A stretch of 62,636 nt of DNA, the filler included, from Rhabdomonas costata (taxonomy: Eukaryota): NCBI GenBank assembly GCA_019059605.1. It is 18 parts of 18 records of this genome, joined end to end, with 100 filler letters (N's around TTAATTAATTAA, not from the genome) between each part and the next. Parts side by side here need not be neighbours in the genome. Positions count along the whole stretch, not along the records: positions 45,286 to 48,664 come from JAHMHO010000923.1; positions 48,765 to 52,144 come from JAHMHO010000924.1; positions 52,245 to 55,674 come from JAHMHO010000925.1; positions 55,775 to 59,159 come from JAHMHO010000926.1; positions 59,260 to 62,636 come from JAHMHO010000927.1; 13 more parts are not named here. One strand, 5' to 3'. A model generated the notes under the pieces. The model saw only the letters and a list, made by a program, of their open reading frames with translations, did not search any database and was not told where the DNA came from. This document shows, one piece after another, positions 46,752 through 59,519 of the stretch (its first letter is position 1; every line of letters starts with the position of its first letter). The position numbers and the translations under genes are program-made.

Positions 46752-48764
46752 CTGAAAAAAAAACAAAAAAGGAGACAAGTTACCAAACAAGTGCCCATGC
46801 AAGGAGGTGTGCCTGGCCTGCAACTATTTTTCTCACGAAATCCCACCCAAAGGGCCGTACTGATATGCGACACTTCCGACACTTGGACAGCAGTGCTAAC
46901 CGTTTGAGAGAATGCGAAGATATAAGCGCACAGGTCGAGTGTGGTGCACCACACAAAGCAGTGATTCAATGAAGGGCCGTGCAAGGATGGACAAGAGGGA
47001 TTTGTGACGCGAGTAACAATTAATTTAGTTAATTTAACCGCTAACCTGCAATTTTGCTTCCTCGGGATTCCGTCATACTCGTTACCGATTTGGGATTGAT
47101 ATCGATATCACTTACTTCGCCTTCGCAAGTCATCCCCCCCTTTTCCATCACCCTCACATTCAAATCAACGTTGTGCTTTGCTAGGCTGCTCCGCTAGGCT
47201 GCCCGTTGTGCGGCGTTTGCAGTTCCGGAGTCGTTCCTGTTTTTTGTACAGAAAAATTAAAAATTCTGTGACTACGGCTGAGTGCGCCGTCACGAATGCA
47301 TTTGTTTCCTCCTTTTGACGGCGCTTGACGACGTGATGGTGTGCCGAACAGTTAGTCCCTCAAAGCTATAAAATTTTCCTAATTGCGTGGTTAAAACTTC
47401 CCAATACCAATTCCATTTCGGGCAGAACAAACGATGCTGCACTTCAGAGCAGTTCGAATTAGGATAAAAAGTGTGACGGGCAAGCATCAAGGAGGGAACC
47501 ATGGAACCTCAAAACAAGTACAGCTTTTAAAATTGAAGCCTGAAATTTTTATTAAACTATTAGTGGAGTTATAAATTTATCTATTCGATTTTCGCCCTGC
47601 GGTTATAAAATACTTCGGCAAAAGCCGCTGTCCCCATTCCGTTGCAAACTCATCGCCAGAGAAAATTGTGCAGGCTTTTGTTTCCTATGCTCTCCATCAC
47701 CACCCACCCCTACGTACCACTCAGAATACCGAATGCAAAAACCAAAGACCCCAACGGATGCAAAAACCCACCCTTAAGGGAGAGGTTTGTTGTCTTCCGC
47801 GATGTTGGAGTGAGGAGGTAATGTTAAGCCAAGCTTTCACCCTCGCTCTGAGGCAGTAGCAGTGGTAACAAGCCCGAAAGCCTTAGACTCACCTTCAGTC
47901 AATGGAAAATGCCGTTGCTGTTTGTAGAGAGAAATACCAGCCGCAAGTGTGGTCGAAAGAGACGGCCAGCCTGACTCATTTTCATATGCATTCGTATTCC
48001 AATGTGAGCCACTCTGGCTGAATTGAGAATTTTGCTTACCAAAAACAATGGTTTTCTTCATGATGAGACGAAGCGTGCTGATGATGTGGTTGCTGGGGAT
48101 GCGCACGCGCGTTTTCGTGCACAGGAAACGTTTGAGTCCACCGTGGGGGCGCTGGGCATTGTCACGGAGGTGATGGCTCAGCAATCAAACCTCATTCCCG
48201 CCCACTCTGACTAAGTGAGTGCACAGCGGGCGAATGAAGCAAGCTATCGAAAACTGGTCTTGCCAGTCATTGCGCGTTGCGAACACGCGCTCATTCTGCG
48301 ATGCCCGGGTTTCCCTGATTTGAGTTTGAAATCATTTGACCGCGTTATTACATTTGTGAAGAGGGCTTATTTGGTCTGTTGAGCCACGGCAACAGCAGGA
48401 CTGTCGTGAAAATCCCTTACATTCCTGGCTCTGCGTCATCACTGTCATGTAACCGGCGCTTCATTGGCTCCTCTTTTGCCCCTAGTTTACTTCGGTGCCC
48501 TACAGCACTGCTTCTCTGTGTGCTTTACTGATTGTGTTCCGCTCTCCTTCTCGGACGATGGCATTTGCATGGGAGGGAGCCACTCCCATTCGCGTGGTGG
48601 ATGGATTTACGTTCGACCTCGGCCCCCAAGTCCTGTCTATCGATGCCTTGGACTTTACCTCTGANNNNNNNNNNNNNNNNNNNNNNNNNNNNNNNNNNNN
48701 NNNNNNNNTTAATTAATTAANNNNNNNNNNNNNNNNNNNNNNNNNNNNNNNNNNNNNNNNNNNN

Positions 48765-50449
48765 GGTGGGGGGTAGTATCGCTCATGCTGAAGGTGCCCG
48801 TGTTGGATTGGGAAGAACATCTTCTTTCCAGTGCCTCTCCCTGTCTGGCTGATCTTCTGCAGTCTGTTGTGAGTCTTTGGTTTTCGGAGCAACCCCCACC
48901 TCTCAACTTCTCTGTTTTTGCAATCTCCCTGGAAGACCAGTTCGTAGGACAGCACATGCAGCAATCCGCACGGGAGCGTGCCTCTGGGCAGCCGCCGCCT
49001 TTCAAGAAGCGTCGAAAGCCCGAACCCTCTGCTTCCGAGGAAGCCTCCGGACCTGGCCGGCATGAAGGTATGCTGTGTTCCTACACCGACGTTGCCGGGG
49101 TTGTGTGGATTTCAATGAGTGGTGGAGGTATTTCTGTGGCAAAAGGATTAGCTCTTTTAAGTTTTGCGGTGGTTTTGCATTGGAGCTGGGTCACTTCGCC
49201 CGTTCTCCTTCTAAAATGTACACAATGCCCTTCAGCCCACATATTTCCGTGGAATCGGAGGTATGCCCTTATCTTGTTGATAAATGGAGAAAAAGCACAA
49301 AAGAACAGTGGTGGAAACAACGCGTTTGGAGCTGTTGTCCAATCCTCCTCCTCCCGCTTTCGATTCCGACACGCGCGAAAGGAAACAATTTCCCGTACTC
49401 CTGCACTGTGGTTCTTTCCATGATGCTGTGAATACTTCTGTGCCAGGCATGTGCTCCTCACTTGTGCGAATTCCTGCTGAGAAACATTTCCAAATAACGT
49501 TGGATTCAACACCACCTTAAAACCATAGTGCGGGTAGAGAAGCGCTTCAAAAGTGAGTCAGGCCTGAGGCCGGGTTGCTGACCGAACTGTGGCCTGCTGC
49601 GGTTGCCTTTCGCTGTCCTGCCTGCAGACAGCGACGATGAGAGGTCGGCAGCCGCGAGGAAGTTTGCGGCGCTGCCCTTTCACGAGCGCGTCTCCGCTGT
49701 GGGCCTGGCATACTCCCAGCCACTGAACGGGGTGGTGACCTTCTCCGTACCGTTCGAGCTGGCACCCAGACTCGCGAAAAAGGTCGCCTCCTTGGACAAC
49801 GTATGTGGGTTTGTGCAAACCGGAAAAGAGATGGGAACGAAGGAAAGCGCATCACTTCCAAAGCCTTCGGCTAAGTCTAAGCCGCTTCTCACGAAACCCA
49901 AGCTAAATCCTATCGCTGCGATAAAGGGCTTCACCTAGGCAACACCCGTTCATGGGACTGTAACGTTTGTTAAATTGCTGTTATTTGCGAGTTTTTATCG
50001 CTGATGGCGCTCCCTTTTTTCTTCTTTTTTCTCGCCCGGCGGGCGCGACCAAAGTCCACCACCACTGAAAAAAAGTTTGGACCCTCGCCTCTCCCGGAAT
50101 TTATCTCAAGCGGAGTTCTTCACTGAAACATATTTGCAGACACACAGGTTTCGTGTTTTAACCGATACATTTGAAAACAAAAGAACGCCCCACAACTGGG
50201 AGCTGGAGGTGGGTGTGGGTGTGGGTGTGGTCTCAGGTCTCTTTTGATGCCACCACGGCCACTGGGAAGGTGGTGCAGGTGCAGGACAGTGTGAAGGCCG
50301 CTCTGAGCCGGATTGCCATGAAGTGCTTCAAGGTTCAGGCCCGGCTGCAGCAGCGGGGCAGTGAACGAAGTGCGAGCAGGACGGATGGGGAGAGCAGTAG
50401 CAGCACAGTGCCCGTTATCCTTTCAAAGGGGCGATCTCCTGACCCCTGA
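48765..50449 (+). CDS. Hypothetical protein, 3' exons, with an NLS-like PPFKKRRK
   Basis: Exons <48785-49067, 49628-49800 and 50237-50449 join in frame via GT-AG and end in TGA. Confidence 0.55.
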
Positions 50450-51091
50450 CGCTGGCTGCCTTCTGGCTACACTGTTTCCCCGCTTGTGAATCTCCGCACC
50501 CGTTGCATGGTTTCTGAAATCAGGTCGTGTTGCAACAGTTGGTGGCCAGAGGGCTGTGTATAACTGCGTTAACGTTTACTACTTGTGGCGGTTGTTGCTA
50601 ACGTCATTCCCAAGCGCTCACGCGGGTTGAGGGATGGCATGGGGTGGGGCGTGAAACTTGCTCTCTGCACTTTTCAAGAATGATGTGCTGCTTAACAGAA
50701 TACTACCACGTCCTAGGTCATTGTGGGAGACAGAAGGAAGAAAAAAGGAAAGACATAAGCGGAGAGAAAAATACAGAGATAAAATATAGAGGTATATGTT
50801 CTTTGCTGGGATGATTAAAACCAAAACGGTGAGCCTGTAAGGACTCTTGGGTACTGGATGTTCACGATGTTGTCGCCGTTGAGAAATACGAAAATGCCTT
50901 TTGTTGGCCTACTCGGCCCCAGTGCCCTCGAAATTGCTCGGTAGCAGAGTGCTCATTCTTTTTTGTGGTTATATGGTGTGGCCGTGGCCTTGCCTGACTG
51001 TTCCATTCAGGCGCATTGCTGTGTTGCCGCCTTCCCGCTGCCATTGTTGTTGCCTTTGAAAATGCCCTGCTCACTCCGGGGTGTTCCGGTC

Positions 51092-52144
51092 ATGGCTGCA
51101 TTGGTGGTTGCTGTGCTGTGGCAAACTCTCCAAGCGAGCCCTCTCCAGAGCCTTACCGTGAGCCTCCAAGGTTTTGCATGCCCTGGTGGGACTCTTTAAT
51201 TCAAAGTCAAGCCGAAAAAAAAGCGCCGGTGGTAATAAATGCAGACCGAAACTATGGGGGGGGGTTGATCGTGTTGAACGACATAACGGGTGCTTTGCAG
51301 GTGAGAGAATTCTGAAGTTGCTCCTTCTGTGGAAAATATATCGTCAACCAACCCAGTGATCGGGCTGTGCTCCAGCCTGAGCGTGGGAACGTTCTTTCGG
51401 CGCTCCACCACCGCTCTGTGCCGCACAGGCTCCTCTGTGGTGGTCACGGGCATGTACAACCTCACCACTGAGGCGGGTTTTGTGGATGATGTCCTGCTTC
51501 GCACCTTCACTGCCAGCGGTGCGGAGGCCCCAATTCTCTCCCCACCAATTGCTCTTTTTCAGGACTTTCTGTTTTGACTTAGGGGACAAGCGTGTTTGTT
51601 TGTTCCCGTTTGTGTATATTTGTGCGATGAAAACCCGGAAAAGGAAATACACACACCCACACACACACACACACGTGGAGAGGGTGATGTGGAGCCTGGG
51701 TGCTCGTAATTTTCTTTCATGGTTTGGAAGCAAAGTGAACTGCTTTTCGTCAGATTGACGTCAACAGGCCACCGGAGGCAGCCGCAGTCGGACGACTTAT
51801 CACGATTCACGTCGTTAAGTGATTAGTGGAAAAAGACAGCTGAAGGGTAAAAGTCCGAAAACCTTCAACTGCTTCTAAGAAGCAGAATGGAAACCGTGAC
51901 CCACCTGCTCTCCCATGGCGGGACACGCCTTTGATCCTCAGGAATACCCTACGTGGTGCTAAGACCCCTCACGGTGTCGCTGCGAAGGGCCCCTCCGACC
52001 GTGTCCTACGCCCTGGCCGCCCCACAGGTTTTCCATTCCGTTCCAAGGGTGAGGCATAGACTTTACGTCCGTAATGGTGGTTTCCGCTCAAGCTTTCTTT
52101 CTCTTGTTTTGCAGGTTCTAGCCCTAGCCCAGAAGGACCAGCAT
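51092..52144 (+). CDS. Hypothetical secreted protein, 5' exons
   Basis: MAALVVAVLWQTLQA is signal-like. Candidate exons at 51092-51170, about 51357-51518, about 51943-52027 and 52115 onward have GT-AG borders. Confidence 0.45.
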
Positions 52145-52330
52145 NNNNNNNNNNNNNNNNNNNNNNNNNNNNNNNNNNNNNNNNNNNNTTAATTAATTAA
52201 NNNNNNNNNNNNNNNNNNNNNNNNNNNNNNNNNNNNNNNNNNNNGTTTTTTGGGACGTATGTCTTGGGCTGTCTTTGTCCCTTGTCTTCCAATGTTCCCA
52301 TGCGACACACTCCCGCTGCACAGTCTGCAG

Positions 52331-55300
52331 GTGCCAACGTCCCGGCCTTCACGGTGTACAAGACGGCCATCACGAACTCCTACAACGGCTATGGGGTGCG
52401 CACGCTGCTATCGATCGGGGGGTGGTCGTACCGGGACGACTTCAGCTTTCTGGCGACGATGACGGCGGGGCAGCTGACGGCGTGGGCTGGGCAGGTGAAG
52501 GCGTGGGTGGACCAGTTTGGGGCGCACGGGATTGACATTGACTACGAGGCGGAAACTGCGGCGCAGTGGCAGAGTGAGCTGGTATTTTCACGTATTCTCT
52601 TGTGTTGTGGATTCTAATTGTGGGTAGATAGGATTCGGGATGTAATGTGGCTGGTTTATACTATGTCGTTTTTGTAATGCTTTAGCCTTCGGAGGGACTC
52701 ATCCTTAATCCCACCACGAATTTCCGGTCCCAGCCACCGTCAACCTCAATCATATTTCATCGTGTGAGCATCTTCGCGACCCTCTGCAACCACGACAAAT
52801 GTGGTGTTATTGATGTCAAAACAATGTAGCGTTATATTTATACAGGTTCTGGATGATCAGCGAGCGGCATCACGGCCCCTCGGTCTTGACTTGTGTGCAC
52901 ATCATTGCAACTCCGCATTCTGCAAAGGTGGGCTTCCCCGCAGAGTACGTCTACGTGTGCTTCCGAGTTGTCTTACCAATTTCTCTTGATGCATTGCTGC
53001 CATAGGTTCAGACTAAGGTCCTGCACTACCTCCGCGTGGCCATGCCCGCGGGCTCCTACATCCTCCTCCTCACCGTGGGAGGCCTCGCGGCGGCGTACGG
53101 CAGCCCCGCCGCGGTGCAGGCCGCGTTAAGCCCCCCGCTGTCGCAGGCCTACCCCAACTCCGGGATCGCGCTTGCAGTGATCCAGGCGCACTGGGGGGAC
53201 CTCGACCGGATTCAGCTGATGACGTACGATGGGGAGCCCAACATGGACCCCCGGGTGTGCATGGGTCTGGCGGTGCAGGCGTTCACGGTAATGGGGAAGA
53301 CGCCCGCGGAGGCCGCGGCGAAGCTTCTGGTGGGAACCGAGCTGGGGGGTCAGTATGGCAGCTGCACTGGCGTCTCCGCGGGGTGGTGCCTGCAGGACGA
53401 CAAGGTACTCCCGCTTGCCGGCGAGGTGGCGCTTAAGGGGTACGGTGGACTCTTCTACTGGTCCAATCTGGACGCAGCGCCCTCGATCGCGATCTACCGC
53501 TCCACTTACCCCATTGTTCACAGCGGAGGTTTTCACCCTGCCTTGTGATTGGGATGTGTGGATGTGAAACAGCATGAGATGCCGATCTTTCGTTGATGCC
53601 GGGGTCAGCATGAGTTACTGGACTCCATGCATTTTTTCATTTGAGGTGATGTAACTGTTGCGCCGATTGTCTTTGAGCCTTGAGCCTTGCCTTTCTTCGC
53701 ATTCGTTGGCTGGTTTGTTTTATGGCAGGATTGTACTTTGCTCACGTTACTCAACAGGTGTGCCCAACCCTTCGGTGTGTGTGCCTCTGTGCGGGGGACG
53801 CAACTGCGGTCCCGATGGGTGCGGTGGGGTATGCGGGACCTGCCCGACGGGACAGCAGTGCACGGCCCAAGGGACGTGCACAGCCCTGTGCACCCGGAGC
53901 TGCACGGGAAAAACCTGTGGTCCTGATGGGTGCGGCGGGGTGTGCGGCACATGCCCCACCGGGCAGCAGTGCAATACCCAAGGGACCTGCGCCACTGTGT
54001 GCACTCCGACCTGCACGGGGAAAACGTGCGGGTCGGACGGGTGCGGCGGGGTTTGCGGAACATGCCCTACCGGACAGCAGTGCACTGCCCAAGGGACGTG
54101 CTCCTCGCAATGCGTTCGAAGCTGCACGGGGAAGACCTGCGGTTCGGACGGGTGCGGCGGGGTATGCGGAACATGCCCTACCGGGCAGCAATGCAATGCC
54201 CAAGGGACGTGCGCCGCTGTGTGTACACCGAGCTGCGCAGGAAAGACCTGCGGGGACAATGGCTGTGGAGGTGAGTGTATGTGTTCTTTTTCTTCCCCAA
54301 AGTGCAATTCTTTAACTTTTGTCAGTGGTATTAGTTAACATATATAAACAGGTGTAGGTAGTTTTAGTACCGGCCAAGAATTAGCCTGCTTCCCTGCTTA
54401 TGGTTTTTATCAAACAAATGAATGTGTGCAAGGTGATCGGGACTTGTTTTATCACTCTCTCCCCTCGTCAAACACAGTCAACCTCTCAAGATTTGTCGCC
54501 GGGTTGGATCGGGAACACCGCAACATTGTATGTAGGATCGTGCGGGAGCTGTGCCTCGGGCCAGAGTTGCGTCTCCGGCAGCTGTGTCGCCACGCCCGTA
54601 CCCCCTCCGCAGCAGCAGGTTTGCGCCGGGGTAAGCTCAGGGCTGGTGCGGGATCCCTCGAACTGCGCAGCCTTCCACACATGCTCTGGGGGCAAGGACC
54701 TCGGCACCACTCAGTGCGGCGCGGGCCTTCTGTTCAACCCTACTGCTCAGATCTGTGACTGGCCTGACAAGGTCTCTTCTCTTACTAACTCTCACGCACA
54801 CACTCTCACTTCATCCCCCTCTCCCTCCTTTTGCTGAGATGTGCGGTACTGACCGCTCAACGGTTGTTGCTGGTTTAATTGTGACAATAATTGTGCAATT
54901 GCAATAGTCTGCCGAGGTTTTCCAACGTTAGTCTCCATTCTTGACATTTATTGGGGTTTTTTAGTTGAGGTTGCTTGGTGCGCAGGTACTCTGTTTTTAT
55001 CCCCGCAGGTAAGCTGTAGTACTCCTCCAGCTTGCACTCGGAACTGCGTCTCGAAGAACTGCGGCAGCGATGGTTGTGGGGGTATGCAGCGTTTCTTGAC
55101 CTGTGTCCGTGTTTTTTCTGTTCTGAGCGAACGATGCTCCATGTAGATGGGATGGTGTTCGGGGGAGAACAGGATGTTGGGATCGCTGGACTACTTGCAA
55201 TCGCACTTTGCGGTTGCAGCTTTGGGGTGAGTGAAGTCTTCTTTGAATGGCGCGCGGCTGACCTTTTCAAACCTATCACCCTCACTCCCACAACAGCGCT

Positions 55301-55614
55301 TGTGAACGAATTGCATGGAAACCTTTGTGTGGGTTTTTGTCAAGACAGGATCGACATAAGCCTTCGCCCTCCCACTGCGTCAAAACACAGCACACGGTGA
55401 AATTATAACCAAGATTGGTGTTTGCTGTGCTGCTTCCCACCTTACCGCATTTTGAAGGAAGACGACCAGCCTCACATGTGCTTGTTATCACTTGGTTTTC
55501 TTCTAGGAAGTTGCGGGACCTGCCCTGCGGGGCAGCAGTGTGACGCGACGAAGGGCCAGTGCACAGCCTCAACTTGCACGCGAAGCTGTTCGGGGAAGAC
55601 CTGTGGCGATGACG
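52331..55614 (+). CDS. GH18 chitinase with tandem 8-Cys repeats and a CBM14 (chitin-binding type 2) domain, spliced, partial
   Basis: Exons 52331-52581, 53006-53528, 53758-54270, 54536-54771, 55009-55081 and 55507-55614. GH18 motifs: LLSIGGW, HGIDIDYE (DxDxE), IQLMTYD, GYGGLFYWS. CBM14-like region: RDPSNCAAFHTC...CGAGLLFNPTAQICDWP. Confidence 0.9.
53778..54270 (+). repeat. Coding tandem repeat, 111 nt / 37 aa, about 4.5 units
   Basis: Unit CxxxCxGKxCGxDGCGGVCGTCPTGQQCxAQGTCxxx, diverged mainly at third codon positions. Confidence 0.92.
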
Positions 55615-55623
55615 GTCAGACCC

Positions 55624-55651
55624 TGTGTGTGTGTGTGTGTGTGTGTGTGTG
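55624..55651. repeat. (TG)n microsatellite
   Basis: About 14 dinucleotide units in an intron. Confidence 0.9.
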
Positions 55652-55783
55652 CACCAATATTGACAGCCATGCTTNNNNNNNNNNNNNNNNNNNNNNNNNN
55701 NNNNNNNNNNNNNNNNNNTTAATTAATTAANNNNNNNNNNNNNNNNNNNNNNNNNNNNNNNNNNNNNNNNNNNNAAAGTCCCT

Positions 55784-55830
55784 GAATTATGTCCTTTTTT
55801 GAATTTTGTCCTTTTTGAATTTTGTCCTTT
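55784..55830. repeat. Three tandem 16-17-bp repeats (gaattttgtccttttt)
   Basis: Units start at 55784, 55801 and 55817. Confidence 0.8.
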
Positions 55831-56128
55831 ATTGGTTTTTGGGCCGTTTTGATTTTGACAGGTCGGCTGGGTAACCGGAGCTTTTTGTTGTCGGCCGGGG
55901 CGCCTCCCCCCGCCGACATTATGTCGCCGTCCCTGAAAAGGGACGTGGACAATAAACCTTTTGGGCCGACGACTTGGGGGATTCTCTACCCTTGCCTTTT
56001 TCCAGCGCCTTTGGTTCGAGCATGTTGACGTTGACATTGGATGGGGACCGCTTGGGACGCGAGCATCATGTGTGTCTGGGGAGGGCTTTCATGCGTGTGT
56101 ACGGTGCGGTGTGTGTGTGGGGGGGTAG

Positions 56129-58908
56129 AGAGTACACAGCGGAGGTCATGTTTGAGACCTTCGGGGTGCGAGGCTTGTACATCGCCTCTTCAGCTGTGCT
56201 AGCTCTAGCCGCCTCCTGGACTTCAAAGAAGTCGAAGGAGAAGGAGTTGGCTGGGACCATGACAGGCATTTCGTCTCCTTCTCTTGCTGCGTTTAGTGTG
56301 TGAATGCCCTGGAAAAGCCTATACTTCCTTGAGTTTTTATTTGTGTGCATGCTAATTGATTTTGGTAACAGCTGACGACTGACGGGCTGATGACACCTCT
56401 GATGGCTTTTGCAGGGATCGTTGTGGATTCTGGAGACGGCAGCACCAGCATCATTCCCGTGGTTTGTGCCTACCTCCCCTTCGTTTCACTTCATGCTGAA
56501 CAATTCTCACCTAGTTAGGTCTGTCGTCACCGACTCAGCTGGATAGGTTTGTTAACCATATCTGCGTTCCTAAAAGGACCTAGACCTGTTAACAGCTGTG
56601 TGAAAGTCTCATTCACTCCTCTTCTCGCAGGCCGAGGGCTATGTTGTCAGCAGTTGCATTCGGCACATCCCCTTGGCAGGACGGGTATCTCTTCGCTGCA
56701 GTTTGCGCCTCCCAGTGGAGCGCGTGCTGCTCTGCCCCCCCATTCTTTCTTCCTTGTCGTTTGACGCGATCCATGCAAACGCTAACCTCGGCTCCCAAGG
56801 TATCTCGCACTGCGCGGAGGATTGCACTGGGAAGTTTGGCACTCCCCGTGCCCGTTATGCTCGTGGCTGGAGTTTCCCCGCGTCATCTATGATGTATATG
56901 GGCTGTGATGAATGCACTTGACTTCGCGATCCATTGAAAAAGAACAAACATTTGCAGGGGATACTAATAGGAAAAGGGCACGAATTCAACAAAATCAGGG
57001 CAGCAATCCACGGCTACGCGTTGACGCGGAATACCTGTTCAGTCAAGTGGAGGTGTGGGGGAAGGTGGGTAATAAAAGAGGGTTAATTCATCGTAATGGA
57101 CCCTACACCCCGGGGGCGTGTGCCCTCAGGACATCACGCACTACATTCAGCAGATGCTGCGCGACCGCGAGGAGCCCGTGCCCCCAGAGGACCTCCAGCA
57201 GGCCGCACAAAAGATCAAGGAGACTCACTGCTACGTCTGCCAGGACATTGCCAAGGTGCCCGAACACGGTCCCTTGTCCAATCTTTCTTAGCTCAGCTGG
57301 TTTAGCTGCATTCCATGGGTTCATGGGTTCGCGTACTGTCGCAGGAGTTTCAGCTGTACGACGCCGACATGAAAAACAACGTCACAATACACTCCGGCAA
57401 GTCGCAGAAAACTCAACAGGTTGTGTCGACGGCAATGGACCATTCTCCCACCTGCTGTTGTTAACCCCAGCACCACCACTGAGTATTTGAGGCTTTCCCA
57501 CTGAGAGTGGCAATTTGTTGAAAGAGAGAGTTAGCTTTGCTTTTCTCGCAAGCGATGCGATTGACATATGGATTGACAACAGTGGGTCTGTGGCTTTGCG
57601 CAGAAGTGGAGTATCTCAGTGGCGTATGAAAAGTTTCTTGGGCCAGAGCTGTTCTTCTCTCCGGAGATCTTCAGCTCGGAGTTCACCACGCCCCTGCCTC
57701 AACTCGTCGACGGTATGCGACTCCACCCACTCGTGCATTTTCATTCACATATTATGAGAAATGCCTGTAGTGATAGGTACGTAGCACAGCACTAGTCCTC
57801 TTGGAATGAGCAGCTATTGACCAGACCAGCTAATCCCACAGTATTCTCACCCAGGGGTCCTGGTATGCTGAGCAGGTTATGCGGAAAACTTAAACTTACT
57901 ATGCAGTCCTGCAACCGTCCAATAAATCTCGCATTCACCGCCGGGAAAATTGCCTTCGAAGGCTTCAGTTTGTGCTCAGATGATCAGAAGGTCTCTGGGT
58001 TGTGTGGATGCTGACGTGCGCTTGCTGCAGTGTCGTTAGGCAGACACGCACAGGCAAACGGATCGGAAATTATTGAACCTCACGCAGCCGAGCTTGATGG
58101 TCAACACCTGCTGTGTCTCCCTTTCCTCTGTCCCGGTCTTTTTCGGAACACAATCGAGAAACAGGGATGGGGGCGGCGGTAAAATCCCCCCTCCCTGCCC
58201 CACTGTGGTTTGGGATATGTGCGACTCAGCGTGCATCCAGAAGTGCCCGATCGATTGCCGGAGAGGGCTCTACCGCAACATCGTCCTCTCCGGGGGTTCC
58301 ACAATGTTCCGCAACTTTGAGAAGAGGTCACCCGTTGCTTTGTTTTCAGTGCAAAGGGACAAGCGAGCTATGGGTGAGTGGGTTTTTGCACGGTTTTGCG
58401 AGTGAATTTGAACCTGGCTTCCGTCCGGTTGCCCCGTGGTTACGGTGGCCTGGAATTCTTCTGTATGATACTCTGTTTGGAAGAGAAATGATCCCTGCCT
58501 GTCTCATTCCCTCCTCGACACTCAATGCATTCGATCCATTCAGGCAGGCACACTCGCCGACCATTTGGGTTGGTCTGGTTTTCTTGCGGCTTCTGGGATG
58601 CCTTTTATTCCTGCTTGATGCGCAGACTCCAGCGCGATGTAAAGCGCCTGATCGACGCTCGGCTGGAGGAAAGCTGGCGGCTGACTGCCAATCGCAACCA
58701 GGTGGGTTCCTTGCTCCTATCTTGTTGCTTTTTTTTGTGCTGAGCTGAGACGTAGTTTGGCGCGACGTTAGCCCCGGCTCCCTGCCACGCCTATTCGAAC
58801 ATTTCCCCCCAACCTTTGTAGCCCAAGGCCGATATGGAGGTCAACGTGATTGCCCCTCCGGTGCAACGCTACGCCGTGTGGTTTGGAGGCAGCTGGCTGG
58901 GCGACACG
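56129..58908 (+). CDS. ARP3: Actin-related protein 3 (Arp2/3 complex), nine internal exons
   Basis: Exons 56129-56265, 56415-56461, 56631-56684, 57130-57255, 57345-57419, 57604-57712, 58230-58326, 58626-58701 and 58822-58908. They read [12 protein letters not shown]...AVLALAASW...[10 protein letters not shown]...[12 protein letters not shown]...[13 protein letters not shown]...[22 protein letters not shown]...[10 protein letters not shown]. Confidence 0.95.
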
Positions 58909-59519
58909 GTGTGCTTTTTGTGAGCTCCTCAATCTCTCATCTCTGATTCTCAGCTTCCGTTCTGAACGTCTCAACATCTGATCACATTTGTAGACCGAAA
59001 AGATGGTAACGCAGCAGATCGCCGAACATTTATGAAGCACTTAACTCATAAAATATGCGTTACATTGCTGTCTCTCTATCTTCACTCGGAAGTCGTTGGG
59101 CAATAGACAGGCAGCAATGGACATATGAAGCTCACTGTGTCTTATGTGCGTTTGTGGCANNNNNNNNNNNNNNNNNNNNNNNNNNNNNNNNNNNNNNNNN
59201 NNNTTAATTAATTAANNNNNNNNNNNNNNNNNNNNNNNNNNNNNNNNNNNNNNNNNNNNTTCGTCCGAGCCAACTTTTTACAGTTCAGTTGACCCGTAGG
59301 ACGGGAGGACGGGTGTTGGAGGGGAGGAACGACCTTTTTTCGCACCCACCGAAAAGAGCGCTATGATAACCCCTTCCTCGATTCATGTACAGGATTGCTG
59401 CACTTCGAATGCGCTTGTGTTTTTGGTTTCCTTATATTCGCTTCTCAGTGTGGGAGAGTGGGCCTGCGTGGCCCCTTCTTCTGGAGCTTCACTGCCCTCC
59501 AGCCTTGAGCCCCTCTCAC

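Noticed and set aside
48558-48664. DGFTFDLGPQ motif suggesting a phytoene desaturase-like FAD oxidoreductase
   Set aside because: Only about 35 codons lie before the contig end, and no GxGxxG or GG motif precedes it.
53778-54270. 111-bp periodic repeats as a CRISPR array
   Set aside because: There are no unique spacers, the period is a multiple of three with synonymous variation, and the repeats lie inside a eukaryotic exon.
55887-55973. HDV-like or hammerhead ribozyme
   Set aside because: P1/P3-like pairings can be drawn, but the P1.1 GG and a convincing P2 are missing, and there is no CUGANGA core.
3391-59259. Regularly spaced TTAATTAATTAA motifs as a biological repeat or array
   Set aside because: They always sit in the centre of identical N-padded 100-nt blocks, so they are a concatenation linker. 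Gene neighbourhoods across them mean nothing.
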